The notes under the pieces were generated by a model. It saw only the letters and a list, made by a program, of their open reading frames with translations. It searched no databases and was not told the origin of the DNA. This document shows positions 17,263-26,123 of a stretch of DNA of 64,000 nt, piece after piece. Made by a program: the position numbers and the translations under genes. The stretch's first letter is position 1, and each line of letters opens with the position of its first letter. The DNA comes from a virus (Duplodnaviria; Caudoviricetes), in the IMG/VR virus record IMGVR_UViG_3300049012_000071, positions 1 to 64,000 of that record. One strand, written 5' to 3'.

Positions 17263-18174
17263 TCACCCGTGCTCCGCCACAGCCTTCCTCGCCGGCCGCA
17301 GCGGGCGCACTGCCGCGGTCTGCTCCGGCGGCTTCCGCGGGGCCACCTTCGCGCGCGGACGTGGAGCCGACGCATGCAGCGGCTCTCGCCTCCGCATCGG
17401 GCCCTTCGGCAGGTCGCCGCCCCAGAGCACGGCGTCGTCCTCTGCCACGACAAGCCGCAGTGCTCTGCCCAGCTTCCGCATCACCTCCGCCTCCACCTGC
17501 CGCGCGCGCTCACGGCAGACGCCCCAGCTTTCGCCGATGGCGACCAGCGTCTCCGGCTCCTCCGCGAGCAGCCGGCGGCAGGCCAACTCGCGCTCCCGCT
17601 CGCTCATGCAGGTCATCGCGCGGTTGAGCAGGCGGCGCATCCGGGTCAGCGCGTCGCCGTCGACCGCGGACTCCTCCGGCAATGGTTCCTCGGCTGGGAC
17701 GATGTCCTCGAGCGTCATGTCGTCGCCGCCCATCGGCGCGCTGAGGCTCAGCGTATTCCGGAGGAGCAGCCGCAGCTGAAGCCGCTCCGGGATCTCATGC
17801 CCGGCCTTCCGGTGCTCCTGGATCTGGTTGTCGACGGTGCGGCCGACGGCGATCGTTGACCCTTCGGCAGCAACGGCCTTCTGGGCGTACGCCCACGCCC
17901 AGTCCTTCGCGTAGGTGTTGAGCCGGTTGCCCAGTGAGGGGTCGAACCGGCGGATCGCCTCCAGGTACCCTTCGCGCCCGGCCTGCATCACATCGTCCTT
18001 GTCGAGGCCTCGGCCGAACCATTGCCGCACCGCCTCGTGGATGAACGGGTCGTGCGCCTGAACCAGCAGGCCGCCAGCAGCGGAGTCTCCAGCCTGGCAT
18101 CTGCGGATGAGGTCCGCCTCGATCTCGCGCGTCAGATGACGGTAGGTGAACCGGCTGGTAGTGAGTAACTGCAT
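17263..18174 (-). CDS. RNA polymerase sigma70-family factor (RpoH-like)
   Basis: HLTREIEADL, DDVMQAGREGYLEAIRRFDP..GNRLNTYA, TLVAIGESWGVCRERARQVE. Confidence 0.88.
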   Translation of the reverse strand: MQLLTTSRFTYRHLTREIEADLIRRCQAGDSAAGGLLVQAHDPFIHEAVRQWFGRGLDKDDVMQAGREGYLEAIRRFDPSLGNRLNTYAKDWAWAYAQKAVAAEGSTIAVGRTVDNQIQEHRKAGHEIPERLQLRLLLRNTLSLSAPMGGDDMTLEDIVPAEEPLPEESAVDGDALTRMRRLLNRAMTCMSERERELACRRLLAEEPETLVAIGESWGVCRERARQVEAEVMRKLGRALRLVVAEDDAVLWGGDLPKGPMRRREPLHASAPRPRAKVAPRKPPEQTAAVRPLRPARKAVAEHG

Positions 18175-18214
18175 TGGTGTCTATTGTGATGCTGTTTCGG
18201 GGAGAAGCAATCGG

Positions 18215-18526
18215 TCAGACGCGTCGCCTCGCCGCGACCTCGACGGCGTCGGCCGCGAACTGCCGCACGAGGACACAGGCCTCGTACGCTCTCGCTCTCT
18301 GGTGACGCTTCGCTGCGAGTTCTCTGTCCACGCACGCCCATAGCGCCTCGGCGGGCCTGCGCAGATGAGCCGCCGCTGACACGGCAGGGCGCCTGGCGAC
18401 ACGCTCGATGTCATCGAGGATGCTGCGGGCCTCCCACCACATGTCCTTCCGCGTGAAACCCGAACGCTGGCAGGCGTCCACCAGGGCGTTGGCCCACGAC
18501 ATGGCGAGCCGAAGGTCCTCGCTCAC
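18215..18526 (-). CDS. Hypothetical protein
   Basis: Coupled GTG start with GGAGG RBS. Confidence 0.55.
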   Translation of the reverse strand: MSEDLRLAMSWANALVDACQRSGFTRKDMWWEARSILDDIERVARRPAVSAAAHLRRPAEALWACVDRELAAKRHQRARAYEACVLVRQFAADAVEVAARRRV

Positions 18527-18867
18527 CCCGCCTCCAAGCTGCTCGCCGCCACCGGCCCGAACTCCGCCGCCAGCCTCGCGCCGAGGTCGAACCACGGCAT
18601 GGGCAACCCGTCGCGCTCGGCGGCTGAGCGATCCCCGTCCCAGCCGTGTTCGATGGCGTCGTACTCGGGTGCGGCGATCTCCACGTCGATGTCGCCGACC
18701 TCGTCGCGCGTGAGGTCGTACGCGCCCCACGCGCAGCAGCCGACTGCGACTCCGGTCCGGCGCACCACGGCCGCCGCCCGCACCAGCACGAGCCCCTGTT
18801 CCCGCGCCTCCGCGCACGCCGCCCGCAGCGCCGTCTCCACGGCGGAGATCCTGTCTTGCTCGGTCAT
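18523..18867 (-). CDS. Hypothetical protein
   Basis: Coupled ORF. Confidence 0.55.
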   Translation of the reverse strand: MTEQDRISAVETALRAACAEAREQGLVLVRAAAVVRRTGVAVGCCAWGAYDLTRDEVGDIDVEIAAPEYDAIEHGWDGDRSAAERDGLPMPWFDLGARLAAEFGPVAASSLEAG

Positions 18868-19202
18868 GACGCCCTCCAGTGTCGCTCGATCATCTCCACC
18901 ATCATCGGCCCGAACCTGCGATTTGCGCTGTGAACCCGCGGCTTCATCCGCGGCCACGCGCCGTGGACCACCATCCACGCCACCAGTTCAAGCCCCGTTG
19001 GCACGTGCGGGCAGTGGTCCGGACCGAGGTCACTCGCGCAGCCCGCACACTGGCCGAGGTCGTGGTCCAGCGAGGCCTCGTCCACGCCGCGCAGGAGAAG
19101 CGCCTTCGCCTCGTCGAGCGTCCGACAGAGCGTCCACGGACCTCCGCCATCATCCGGCGGGTTGCGCATGTCGTCGAGGTAGAGTCGAACCGGCTCGCTC
19201 AT
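18864..19202 (-). CDS. Cyclic-phosphate-processing receiver-domain protein
   Basis: LYLDDxR...SLDHDLG...TG...HSAN signature. Confidence 0.8.
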   Translation of the reverse strand: MSEPVRLYLDDMRNPPDDGGGPWTLCRTLDEAKALLLRGVDEASLDHDLGQCAGCASDLGPDHCPHVPTGLELVAWMVVHGAWPRMKPRVHSANRRFGPMMVEMIERHWRAS

Positions 19203-19468
19203 GACATGTCCTTGATCGCCATCGCGTCGAGCAGGTCGTCCAGATCCCCCAGCGTGCGGGCGTAGTTCTGGTCCGGAGAAAGCCCCCAGAGCCCATCCAC
19301 CTCGCTGTGCACGAGCGCGTCGCCATCAGCGGCCTGCCGCGCCCGCTCCAGCTCGGCGCAGTCGTCGTCGCAGACCACCCGGCCGGCGACGTCCTGCCAG
19401 GAGAAGGGGCGCTTCCGGTGGGGGAAGGCCGGGGTGGTGCCGCAGAAACAGCAGCGCTGGTCGGTCAC
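19199..19468 (-). CDS. Small Zn-finger protein
   Basis: CCFC...CDDDC; coupled. Confidence 0.5.
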   Translation of the reverse strand: MTDQRCCFCGTTPAFPHRKRPFSWQDVAGRVVCDDDCAELERARQAADGDALVHSEVDGLWGLSPDQNYARTLGDLDDLLDAMAIKDMS

Positions 19469-20328
19469 CTCGGCTCCTCTCCGCCGGTCCACCCCTGCGC
19501 GCGCAGCACCGCGGAGACGTCGGCCGGAGCCCACCCGTCCGGCTTCCGCGCTTTGCCGCGCTCATCCTTCCCGCCGCCCGCCTTGTTGACGTTGGCCACG
19601 TGCACGGCGGCAATCACGGGCGCCTCGTCGATCCCCAGCTGCACCGCCGTCCCCGAGACGACGTAGTGGAGGTCGGCGAGCTCGTGGACCAGCGCAGGGA
19701 GGTCGACGGGTCCCACGATCGCCTCGTCGATGAAGTAGCGCACCCGGTCGGCTCGCTCGTCCCAGTCGAGGATCGGAAACATCGCCGCCATCACCTCGAA
19801 GAACTCCTCCGCGATGAGCCGAGCCCGCAGCCGCACCTCATCGTCGCTGGGCACCGTCGGCGCGTCGCGCACCGGGAAGTCCAGCGCGCGGTGGAACTCG
19901 GCAACCTGCTCCTGGAAGCTGCGGCGGGCACGCAGCCGCTCGACCTCAGCCGCATGCTCCGCCGCGCGCCTCTCGGCCTCCTCGGCTCGCGCTTGCATGA
20001 GGCGGAGATCCCCAGCGAGTGCGCCGTTCTTGGCGGCCCAGAAGCCTGTCGCCTTCTCGACCTCGCGCTCGAAGTGCGCGTTCCGCTCCTGGATCTCGCC
20101 GGAATGCTTGTCGCACCACGCCCGGTGGTCATCGCGTGCCTTGTTGAGCTCACCGACGCGCATCACGAGGAGGCCGCTTCGCTCTTCGAGCAACCGCTGC
20201 GTGTCTTCGAGTTCTTCACGCAGCCGTTCAACCTCAGCAACAGCGCGCTCCAGCGTGGCATGCGCACCAGAGCCGGCAGGTTGCGCGGCGAGGAGGGAGC
20301 GGAGGGCGGGGAGGAGGTCGGCCGTCAC
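19465..20328 (-). CDS. Coiled coil fused to a MazG-like (PRA-PH family) NTP pyrophosphohydrolase
   Basis: VAEFH...LRARLIAEEFFE...ELADLHYVVSG...VHVANVNK...GKARKPDGW. Confidence 0.8.
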   Translation of the reverse strand: MTADLLPALRSLLAAQPAGSGAHATLERAVAEVERLREELEDTQRLLEERSGLLVMRVGELNKARDDHRAWCDKHSGEIQERNAHFEREVEKATGFWAAKNGALAGDLRLMQARAEEAERRAAEHAAEVERLRARRSFQEQVAEFHRALDFPVRDAPTVPSDDEVRLRARLIAEEFFEVMAAMFPILDWDERADRVRYFIDEAIVGPVDLPALVHELADLHYVVSGTAVQLGIDEAPVIAAVHVANVNKAGGGKDERGKARKPDGWAPADVSAVLRAQGWTGGEEPR

Positions 20329-21236
20329 GGAGCCACCGTCCGCGCCGGCATCTCCGCCCACACCTTCCCGTCGAGTAGCGGCAGGCTCACCTTGTGGCCG
20401 CGCGCGTCCAGCTTCTGCTTGAAGAACATCTTCACGCCCTGGGCCTTCGCCTGGTCGCGGATGCTGCGCACCCAGTCGTCCCACATCGGGCGCGCGCCGG
20501 GCCCGCTCTCGGCGCCCGCGATGACCTGGTGGATGCCGGCCAGGTCGAGCTCGCCGAGATCCTCGAGCAGCGGTTCCAGCGAGAGGAAGCGGACGGCGGC
20601 GGGTACGCTGCGGAGATGGTCGATGCGAGCCTTCCGCTTCTGGTCCTCCACCGATGCGCCGAGCCAGACGTTCGACAGCGGCCAGATGTCCGGCATCCCG
20701 AGGTAGTCAACGTTGGCGCCGTGGTTCGCTGCCTCCACGCCGCACAGCAGGGCGCTGGGACGACCGCTCAGGCGATCGGACTCACTGCCCACCCACCCGA
20801 AGAAGCAAGGTAGCCGCTCCGCCCGCTTCGTCAGCACCTGAAAAGTATGCTGCGGGCACGCCGCCATCACGCCAAACAGCGCCGCGATCTCCTCGTTCGT
20901 CAGCGCCTCGTGAAACGGGTCGAACATCGACAGGAACCACGTCGTCGGCTTCTTCCGGTGGAGGGGCTCGGCGAGCTTCTCCGGGACGAGCGCGACCTTG
21001 CCGGTCCAGCGCGGCCCGTGCTCGGTCATCTCAGCGAACCCGTGAAACGGCTGCCCGGGGCCCGAGAACCGCGCCGCGATGCCCTCGGCGTAGCAGCCGC
21101 CGCGCTGGCCGGCCGTGCCGCTGTAGGAGCCTCCGCCGCCGCACCCTGGCGAGATGCGGGAACATCCACGGATCGGGTTCCATGTCATGCCGCGCTCGCC
21201 GTGGGCGCCTTGGACCCACTCGATCTTCGTCGTCAT
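20325..21236 (-). CDS. Phage Gp37/Gp68 (DUF5131) protein
   Basis: TKIEW, TWNPIRGC, PQHTFQVLTKR, NVWLGASVE, RFLSLEPLL, GAESG, FFKQ. Confidence 0.92.
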   Translation of the reverse strand: MTTKIEWVQGAHGERGMTWNPIRGCSRISPGCGGGGSYSGTAGQRGGCYAEGIAARFSGPGQPFHGFAEMTEHGPRWTGKVALVPEKLAEPLHRKKPTTWFLSMFDPFHEALTNEEIAALFGVMAACPQHTFQVLTKRAERLPCFFGWVGSESDRLSGRPSALLCGVEAANHGANVDYLGMPDIWPLSNVWLGASVEDQKRKARIDHLRSVPAAVRFLSLEPLLEDLGELDLAGIHQVIAGAESGPGARPMWDDWVRSIRDQAKAQGVKMFFKQKLDARGHKVSLPLLDGKVWAEMPARTVAP

Positions 21237-21853
21237 CGCTCCTCCTCCCGCAGCACCACCGCGCGCCGGTGCGCCTCACGCCACCACCGCACCGGGTGCT
21301 TCTTCAGCCACCCGTCGAGCAGCGCCTGGAGCTCGGCCGTCGCACCGTCCGGGATCCGCGCGCCACTTGCCTCCTGCCGCTCCAGCGCGTCCTCGATGAC
21401 CTGCACCGCGTCGAGCGTGAGCGCCTCTTCCTCGCACTCCCAGACGTACTCCGGCGGCTCCTCGTCCACGTCCTCGTATCGGCCTCGCAACTCGTCGATG
21501 CTGTCGAACAGCTCCTCGAGCCGCTCGCTCCAGACGAACTCGCCGGTCCAGTCCTTGGCGGATACCTTCTCTGCGCGCTCGAACGCCGCGCGCTCCTTCG
21601 CAGCAGCCGCCTCGGCCTGGCGCTTGTAGAGGCAGGGCTCGCACGTCTCCCAGTGCTGGCGCCTCTCCGCGCCGCACCCGCAGAACCACGGACCGCAGTG
21701 CTCCATCGCAGCCGCGCGCGCCGCAGCGATGCGCTCGTCCTCGGTGCCGATGAACCCCTTCGGCGACGACGCCACGACATGGCACTTGCCGCACGCGAAC
21801 GCCGCGGTCTTGCCCGTCGCCTGGTTCAGCAAAACGATCGGCTCCGCTTCCAT
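21233..21853 (-). CDS. Cys-rich hypothetical protein
   Basis: CGKC, CC/CGC and CEPC motifs; coupled. Confidence 0.6.
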   Translation of the reverse strand: MEAEPIVLLNQATGKTAAFACGKCHVVASSPKGFIGTEDERIAAARAAAMEHCGPWFCGCGAERRQHWETCEPCLYKRQAEAAAAKERAAFERAEKVSAKDWTGEFVWSERLEELFDSIDELRGRYEDVDEEPPEYVWECEEEALTLDAVQVIEDALERQEASGARIPDGATAELQALLDGWLKKHPVRWWREAHRRAVVLREEER

Positions 21854-21863
21854 CGCTCCTCCG

Positions 21864-22181
21864 TCAGCCATCCCCGCTCTCCTCTCCCGTCCGCGGCAGC
21901 TTCCCGGTCCACAACGCCAGCAGCGCCTCGTTCGCCCGGCGCACCATCTCCTCGCGCTCCGACGTCTCGTTCTCGCGGTAGTAGGACACCCGCATGTCCC
22001 GCGGCCAGAACTTCCCGCCGGCGCCCAGTTTGCCCATGAAGCGGTACTCGTCGGTCGGGCGCTCGCGGGTAAACTCGTGAACGAAGTGAGCGCGGCTGGG
22101 GTAGGACCATTCGCGGCCCTCAGCAGCGCCGCACTCGCGCACGAGGATGTCGTAGATGGCGTTCGCCTCGTCCTTGGTCAT
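21864..22181 (-). CDS. Conserved phage hypothetical protein
   Basis: IYDILVRECGA...EYRFMGKLGAGGKF...YYRENET. Confidence 0.7.
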   Translation of the reverse strand: MTKDEANAIYDILVRECGAAEGREWSYPSRAHFVHEFTRERPTDEYRFMGKLGAGGKFWPRDMRVSYYRENETSEREEMVRRANEALLALWTGKLPRTGEESGDG

Positions 22182-22714
22182 CGCCCGTTCTCCGTCTGCG
22201 CTCTCACGATCACCTCCGCCATTTCCTGCGCCAGCAGGATCAACTCCGGCCCGGTGACCGGCACGCCGCTGTAGATGCCGGCCTTGAGCGCGGCTTCGAG
22301 GATTGCCTGCCCGAGTGCGTTTCGCTCGTGGGTGAGTCGGGCCTCGCTCTCGCGGAGCCTCCGCACCTCGGCCGTTAGCCGCACCAGCGCATCCGCCCGC
22401 TCCTCCAGCCCGTTCACGGCGCGCTCGATGAGCGCCATGTCGGGCTCCTGGATGGCGATGTCGATCACGCGGTCGTACGGGTGCTGCTGGCCGTGCGCGA
22501 CCGGGTAGCTTCTGCGCCCGGCCTCTGATCGGAGCTCCCGCTGGCTGTTTGCCGTCCACCACTTCCACGGGCGCGCGGTACCGCGGATGGCAGCGACCTT
22601 GTCCTCGCGGGCAGCGGTCTCGATGGCGGCGAGGTCGTCCTCCGCGAGCGCCGCCCGCTGCTCCGGGGAGGCCGCCGCGCGGAAGGGGGCGAGGGGGTCG
22701 GTGGGAGAGGTCAT
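22178..22714 (-). CDS. Ead/Ea22-like hypothetical protein
   Basis: TARPWKW...PDMALIERAVN followed by coiled coil. Confidence 0.55.
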   Translation of the reverse strand: MTSPTDPLAPFRAAASPEQRAALAEDDLAAIETAAREDKVAAIRGTARPWKWWTANSQRELRSEAGRRSYPVAHGQQHPYDRVIDIAIQEPDMALIERAVNGLEERADALVRLTAEVRRLRESEARLTHERNALGQAILEAALKAGIYSGVPVTGPELILLAQEMAEVIVRAQTENGR

Positions 22715-23085
22715 CGCGACGCCCCGACGAGTTTCTCTGTCCCCTCTCGCAGCGAGAACACCACCTCCATCCGGTACGCTTTGCCGCCGCGAATCCGCAG
22801 ACCAGAATGACTGTCGCCGCCCTCCCACGTGAGAAAGAAGTCGGCCTCGCCCTCCAGAACCTTAGCCACCTCGGCCATGTGCTCGCGGAAGAAGTTGCCG
22901 GAGCCCTCGCTGGAGATGCCGAGGTCCACCTCGGCGTAGTCGTCGTCTCCGAACTTCAGGTCGTCGACGAACCAGATCTCCGGCGACTCACCGCGGAACT
23001 TGCGCCGCAACTTCGCGGCGTTCTTCTTCGATATCCGAAGCTTCTCTCCGCCGATCTGCTCCCACGAGTCGATGTTGTAGCTCAC
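22711..23085 (-). CDS. Hypothetical protein
   Basis: AGGAG RBS; LTWEGGDS motif. Confidence 0.6.
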   Translation of the reverse strand: MSYNIDSWEQIGGEKLRISKKNAAKLRRKFRGESPEIWFVDDLKFGDDDYAEVDLGISSEGSGNFFREHMAEVAKVLEGEADFFLTWEGGDSHSGLRIRGGKAYRMEVVFSLREGTEKLVGASR

Positions 23086-23208
23086 GTCGTCCGCTCCTAT
23101 CTGCTCACATCCACAACCACGCCACCACACTCACACCCCGCACCGCCGCATCCGCCGCGATCTCCGCCAGCCACGCGTCGCTCCGCCTCGGCCCGATCCC
23201 GCGCGCGT

Positions 23209-23484
23209 TCAGTCATCGTCATTGGGGCGGCGGGAGTCCGGGGCGTCCTCGTGTCCGGGATCCGTCATCCAGGCAAACGGACGCTCTCCTCCGTTGTATC
23301 CAGCCGCAAGAAGTGCCGTCTCCAGGTCGTCCGAGAACTCGGCGTCGACCACGCGCCGCCTCTGCGCGTACTGCCACAGCAGATCCTGTGCCGTCGGGTC
23401 ATTCACGCTCAGCGGCACCTTCCCGCGAGGCGTCGTCGGGTACTTGTCGCTCTGAAACTCGCCGTCGATCAGATGTGCTCCCAT
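23209..23484 (-). CDS. Conserved phage hypothetical protein
   Basis: AAGGAG RBS; GEFQSDKYP...DPTAQDLLWQYA...EFSDDL. Confidence 0.7.
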   Translation of the reverse strand: MGAHLIDGEFQSDKYPTTPRGKVPLSVNDPTAQDLLWQYAQRRRVVDAEFSDDLETALLAAGYNGGERPFAWMTDPGHEDAPDSRRPNDDD

Positions 23485-23575
23485 CGTCGTCTCCTTTCAA
23501 GATGCGCGTCGTTTCGCTCGTCCAGCGCCGCCCGTGGCGGGTACAGGGTCCACCACGGGCGCACTCGCAGACAGC

Positions 23576-23842
23576 CTAGCCGCCGCTCGCGACCATCCAG
23601 TCCTCCGCAAGCATGTCCGCCTGCGAAGCGAGCCAGCCGGGCTGATGCTTGCCCTGCGCCGTGAACATCACGATCACGGGCTCGTAATGCCGCTCCGTCC
23701 CCTTGTAGATGCCCGCCTTCACCGGCATGCGGTAGCCGTCCTCGAGGTAGACGTGCATGCCCTTCCCGTTCCAGCCGTCTCGGCAGACGCATGCGCCCGC
23801 CTTCATCCGCCGGATCGCCTCACCAAAATCGAACCTATCCAT
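23576..23842 (-). CDS. tad2: DUF2829 / Tad2-like (Thoeris anti-defence sponge family) protein
   Basis: FGEAIRRMKAG..VCRDGWNGKGM...GWLASQADMLAEDW. Confidence 0.8.
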   Translation of the reverse strand: MDRFDFGEAIRRMKAGACVCRDGWNGKGMHVYLEDGYRMPVKAGIYKGTERHYEPVIVMFTAQGKHQPGWLASQADMLAEDWMVASGG

Positions 23843-23979
23843 GCCGATTCTCCTGTCTCTGTTAGCGAAACCGCTTTGACTGAACTTGCTTCATGACAGC
23901 GCCCGCATCGCCGCGAACTGCGCCTCCGCGTCGGTGAGGTGCGCAGGGGAGAGGCGGGGGTAGAGGGAGGCGAGGATGG

Positions 23980-24696
23980 TCACGTGGCGATGCTGACCGA
24001 CTCGTGAAGCGGCATCACGATCGCCACGGGCGCGCCATCGACCACCGCAACGACGGGATGCGGAGACTGTGCCAGCTGTTCCCACGTGGCAGACGGGTAC
24101 AGGTCCGCGATCAAGTCAACGTACCCAGATGCGATGCATCTTGGCCCGAACGCTACGACGTGTCCGCCAAGCGTCCGGGAATACGGCCCACGGCGGCCAG
24201 GGCTCACCGGCGCGCGCATCTCAGCCAGGCGCTCCTCAAGTGAGCGACCCCGACCGTCGGGGCACTCGCTGGTGGCGGGCTCCTTGGATGAGATGGCGGA
24301 GCACCCGTCGGCGATCCACATGGCGCCGCCCACGTTGACCAGAAACAGCGACCTGCCGGCGGAGTACCGATGCCGAGAGCAAGCCGACCGCATCCACTCC
24401 GGCGTCCCCGCTGGCGCGTCAACGATCTGCCCGTCGCGAGCCAGTGAGTCAGTCCAGTCGCCGATCAGGTGGAACTTCCCATCGGCTACGATGGCCGATG
24501 GAGCCGCGTTCTTCACGCGTGCGCCTTCGTACTCCCAGTCGTCATCGTCGTCCAGAAGCCCGGCACGCTCGGCCTCGTACGCGTCCACGTGCCGCTCCAG
24601 GTCGGAGCGGTCCTTGGCGGCAACGTAGACGTGCGTCCGCTTGACGAACTCTACCTTGTAGACCGAATAGCCTTCCGGCAGTTCTACATCGCTCAT
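23980..24696 (-). CDS. Hypothetical protein with a beta-clamp-like C-terminal motif
   Basis: Ends ...PVVAVVDGAPVAIVMP. Confidence 0.55.
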   Translation of the reverse strand: MSDVELPEGYSVYKVEFVKRTHVYVAAKDRSDLERHVDAYEAERAGLLDDDDDWEYEGARVKNAAPSAIVADGKFHLIGDWTDSLARDGQIVDAPAGTPEWMRSACSRHRYSAGRSLFLVNVGGAMWIADGCSAISSKEPATSECPDGRGRSLEERLAEMRAPVSPGRRGPYSRTLGGHVVAFGPRCIASGYVDLIADLYPSATWEQLAQSPHPVVAVVDGAPVAIVMPLHESVSIAT

Positions 24697-24889
24697 CGTC
24701 TCTCCAGCGCGCCTCGCGGCGCCGTCAGGTCCGACAGCCTATCACGCCTCAGCGAGAGTGCCACTCTCCACCGGCCGAATCGGCGCCACGGACCAGCGCA
24801 TCATCGTCGCCTCCGTGCTCCTCGGCCGCTCCGTCGCGGCGGCGTGTCCTCCGCGGCTACCTCGACACCGACCGTCGTCCCTAGCAGGT

Positions 24890-25729
24890 TCAGGAGGCGC
24901 GGGCGGGGAGCGGGAGCGGGCGCCGGCTCGGCCTGGGGCGCCGCCGCGTCCGCCGCTGGCGCGTCCGTCTCCTCGCGCCGTGAGCCTGTCGCGCCCTCAC
25001 CGCCTCTCCCGTCGCCTTGAGCCAAGCTTCCACCTTCTCCTGCACCAGCCGACCTCCGCCATCGGCGCCATCCCGCAGCCCCGACTCCGCATCGCAGCTC
25101 GCCCCGGCCTGGAGGAGCCCGGCCACCTGCGGCACCGTCTCCGCGGAGAGCCCGCCGGCCACGCCGATGCCGAGCGAGGGGAACATGGCCCGGAACTTCT
25201 CGAACCAGAACGCAGCGTACTCCGGGTCTACCGGCTTCCCCGTGCCGCCGCTGGCGTCGATGAGGACGTCGGTGGCGACTCCGCGCCTGACGTACAGTCC
25301 AACCTGTGCCGCCGTGGTGCCGAGCCCGGCCTGGAGCACGATCCGCGGCGTCTTCCCTGCACGTTCGAACATCCGGCAGAGCGTCTCGATGTTCGCCGAC
25401 CAGGGCCACGCCCCGTTGAACTGGAAGCCGTGGCACAGCGGCCCAGCCAGGTCGAACAGCCGCGCCAGCGTCGTGGCATCCGGCGGCTCGTCGGCGCCGA
25501 AGTGGACCAGGTTGAGGCAGCGCGGGTCGTCGAGGAAGACGCCGGCGATGTTCTCGACGCGCGGGTAGCGCCTGAACCAGCGGTTGCGCTGGCCGGCGAG
25601 GGTCTTCTCGCTGGCGAGCACGCCGACCATGAGTTGCCGGCCGAAGTCGGGGAAGGCGGCGAGCGCGGCGAGGACCTCGGCGCGGGAGACCAGCCCCGAG
25701 CAGCCGATGTAGCTTGGCGGCGCGCTCAC
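24890..25729 (-). CDS. TrpF (PRAI)-like TIM-barrel protein
   Basis: VLIDASGGTG, IGVAGGLSAETV, DAESGLR. Confidence 0.7.
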   Translation of the reverse strand: MSAPPSYIGCSGLVSRAEVLAALAAFPDFGRQLMVGVLASEKTLAGQRNRWFRRYPRVENIAGVFLDDPRCLNLVHFGADEPPDATTLARLFDLAGPLCHGFQFNGAWPWSANIETLCRMFERAGKTPRIVLQAGLGTTAAQVGLYVRRGVATDVLIDASGGTGKPVDPEYAAFWFEKFRAMFPSLGIGVAGGLSAETVPQVAGLLQAGASCDAESGLRDGADGGGRLVQEKVEAWLKATGEAVRARQAHGARRRTRQRRTRRRPRPSRRPLPLPARAS

Positions 25730-25847
25730 GCCACACCTCGCGTCCCGTCACCCAGCACCTGCCGCACCTGCTCCCGCCAGAAAAAGCAGCACGCCAGCGC
25801 CTCCACGGCAGTCCGCTGCCCCACCGCTCGAATCGAGAAGATCGGCC

Positions 25848-26123
25848 TCATGAAACCACCGCTCCTTTCCTGATCTCCCGCACCAGCCCCGGCACGTCCG
25901 TCGCGATCCCGCTGTCCTCGCAGTCGACCGGCACCAGCTTCGCCAGCCGCTCGATCATGGTCGCCAGCATCTCGGCCGTGCCGGTCTCAGCCTCCGAGAG
26001 GAAGATTTCGCGCGCCTCCGCCTCGCTCGGGGACAGCGCGCCGAGCCGCAGCGGGATCAGCGTCATCGACAGGTCGCCGTCCTCGTCGAGGTAGACGACC
26101 GCGTGGAGGCCGACGCCGGTCAC
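25848..26123 (-). CDS. Hypothetical protein
   Basis: Coupled GTG start. Confidence 0.5.
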   Translation of the reverse strand: MTGVGLHAVVYLDEDGDLSMTLIPLRLGALSPSEAEAREIFLSEAETGTAEMLATMIERLAKLVPVDCEDSGIATDVPGLVREIRKGAVVS

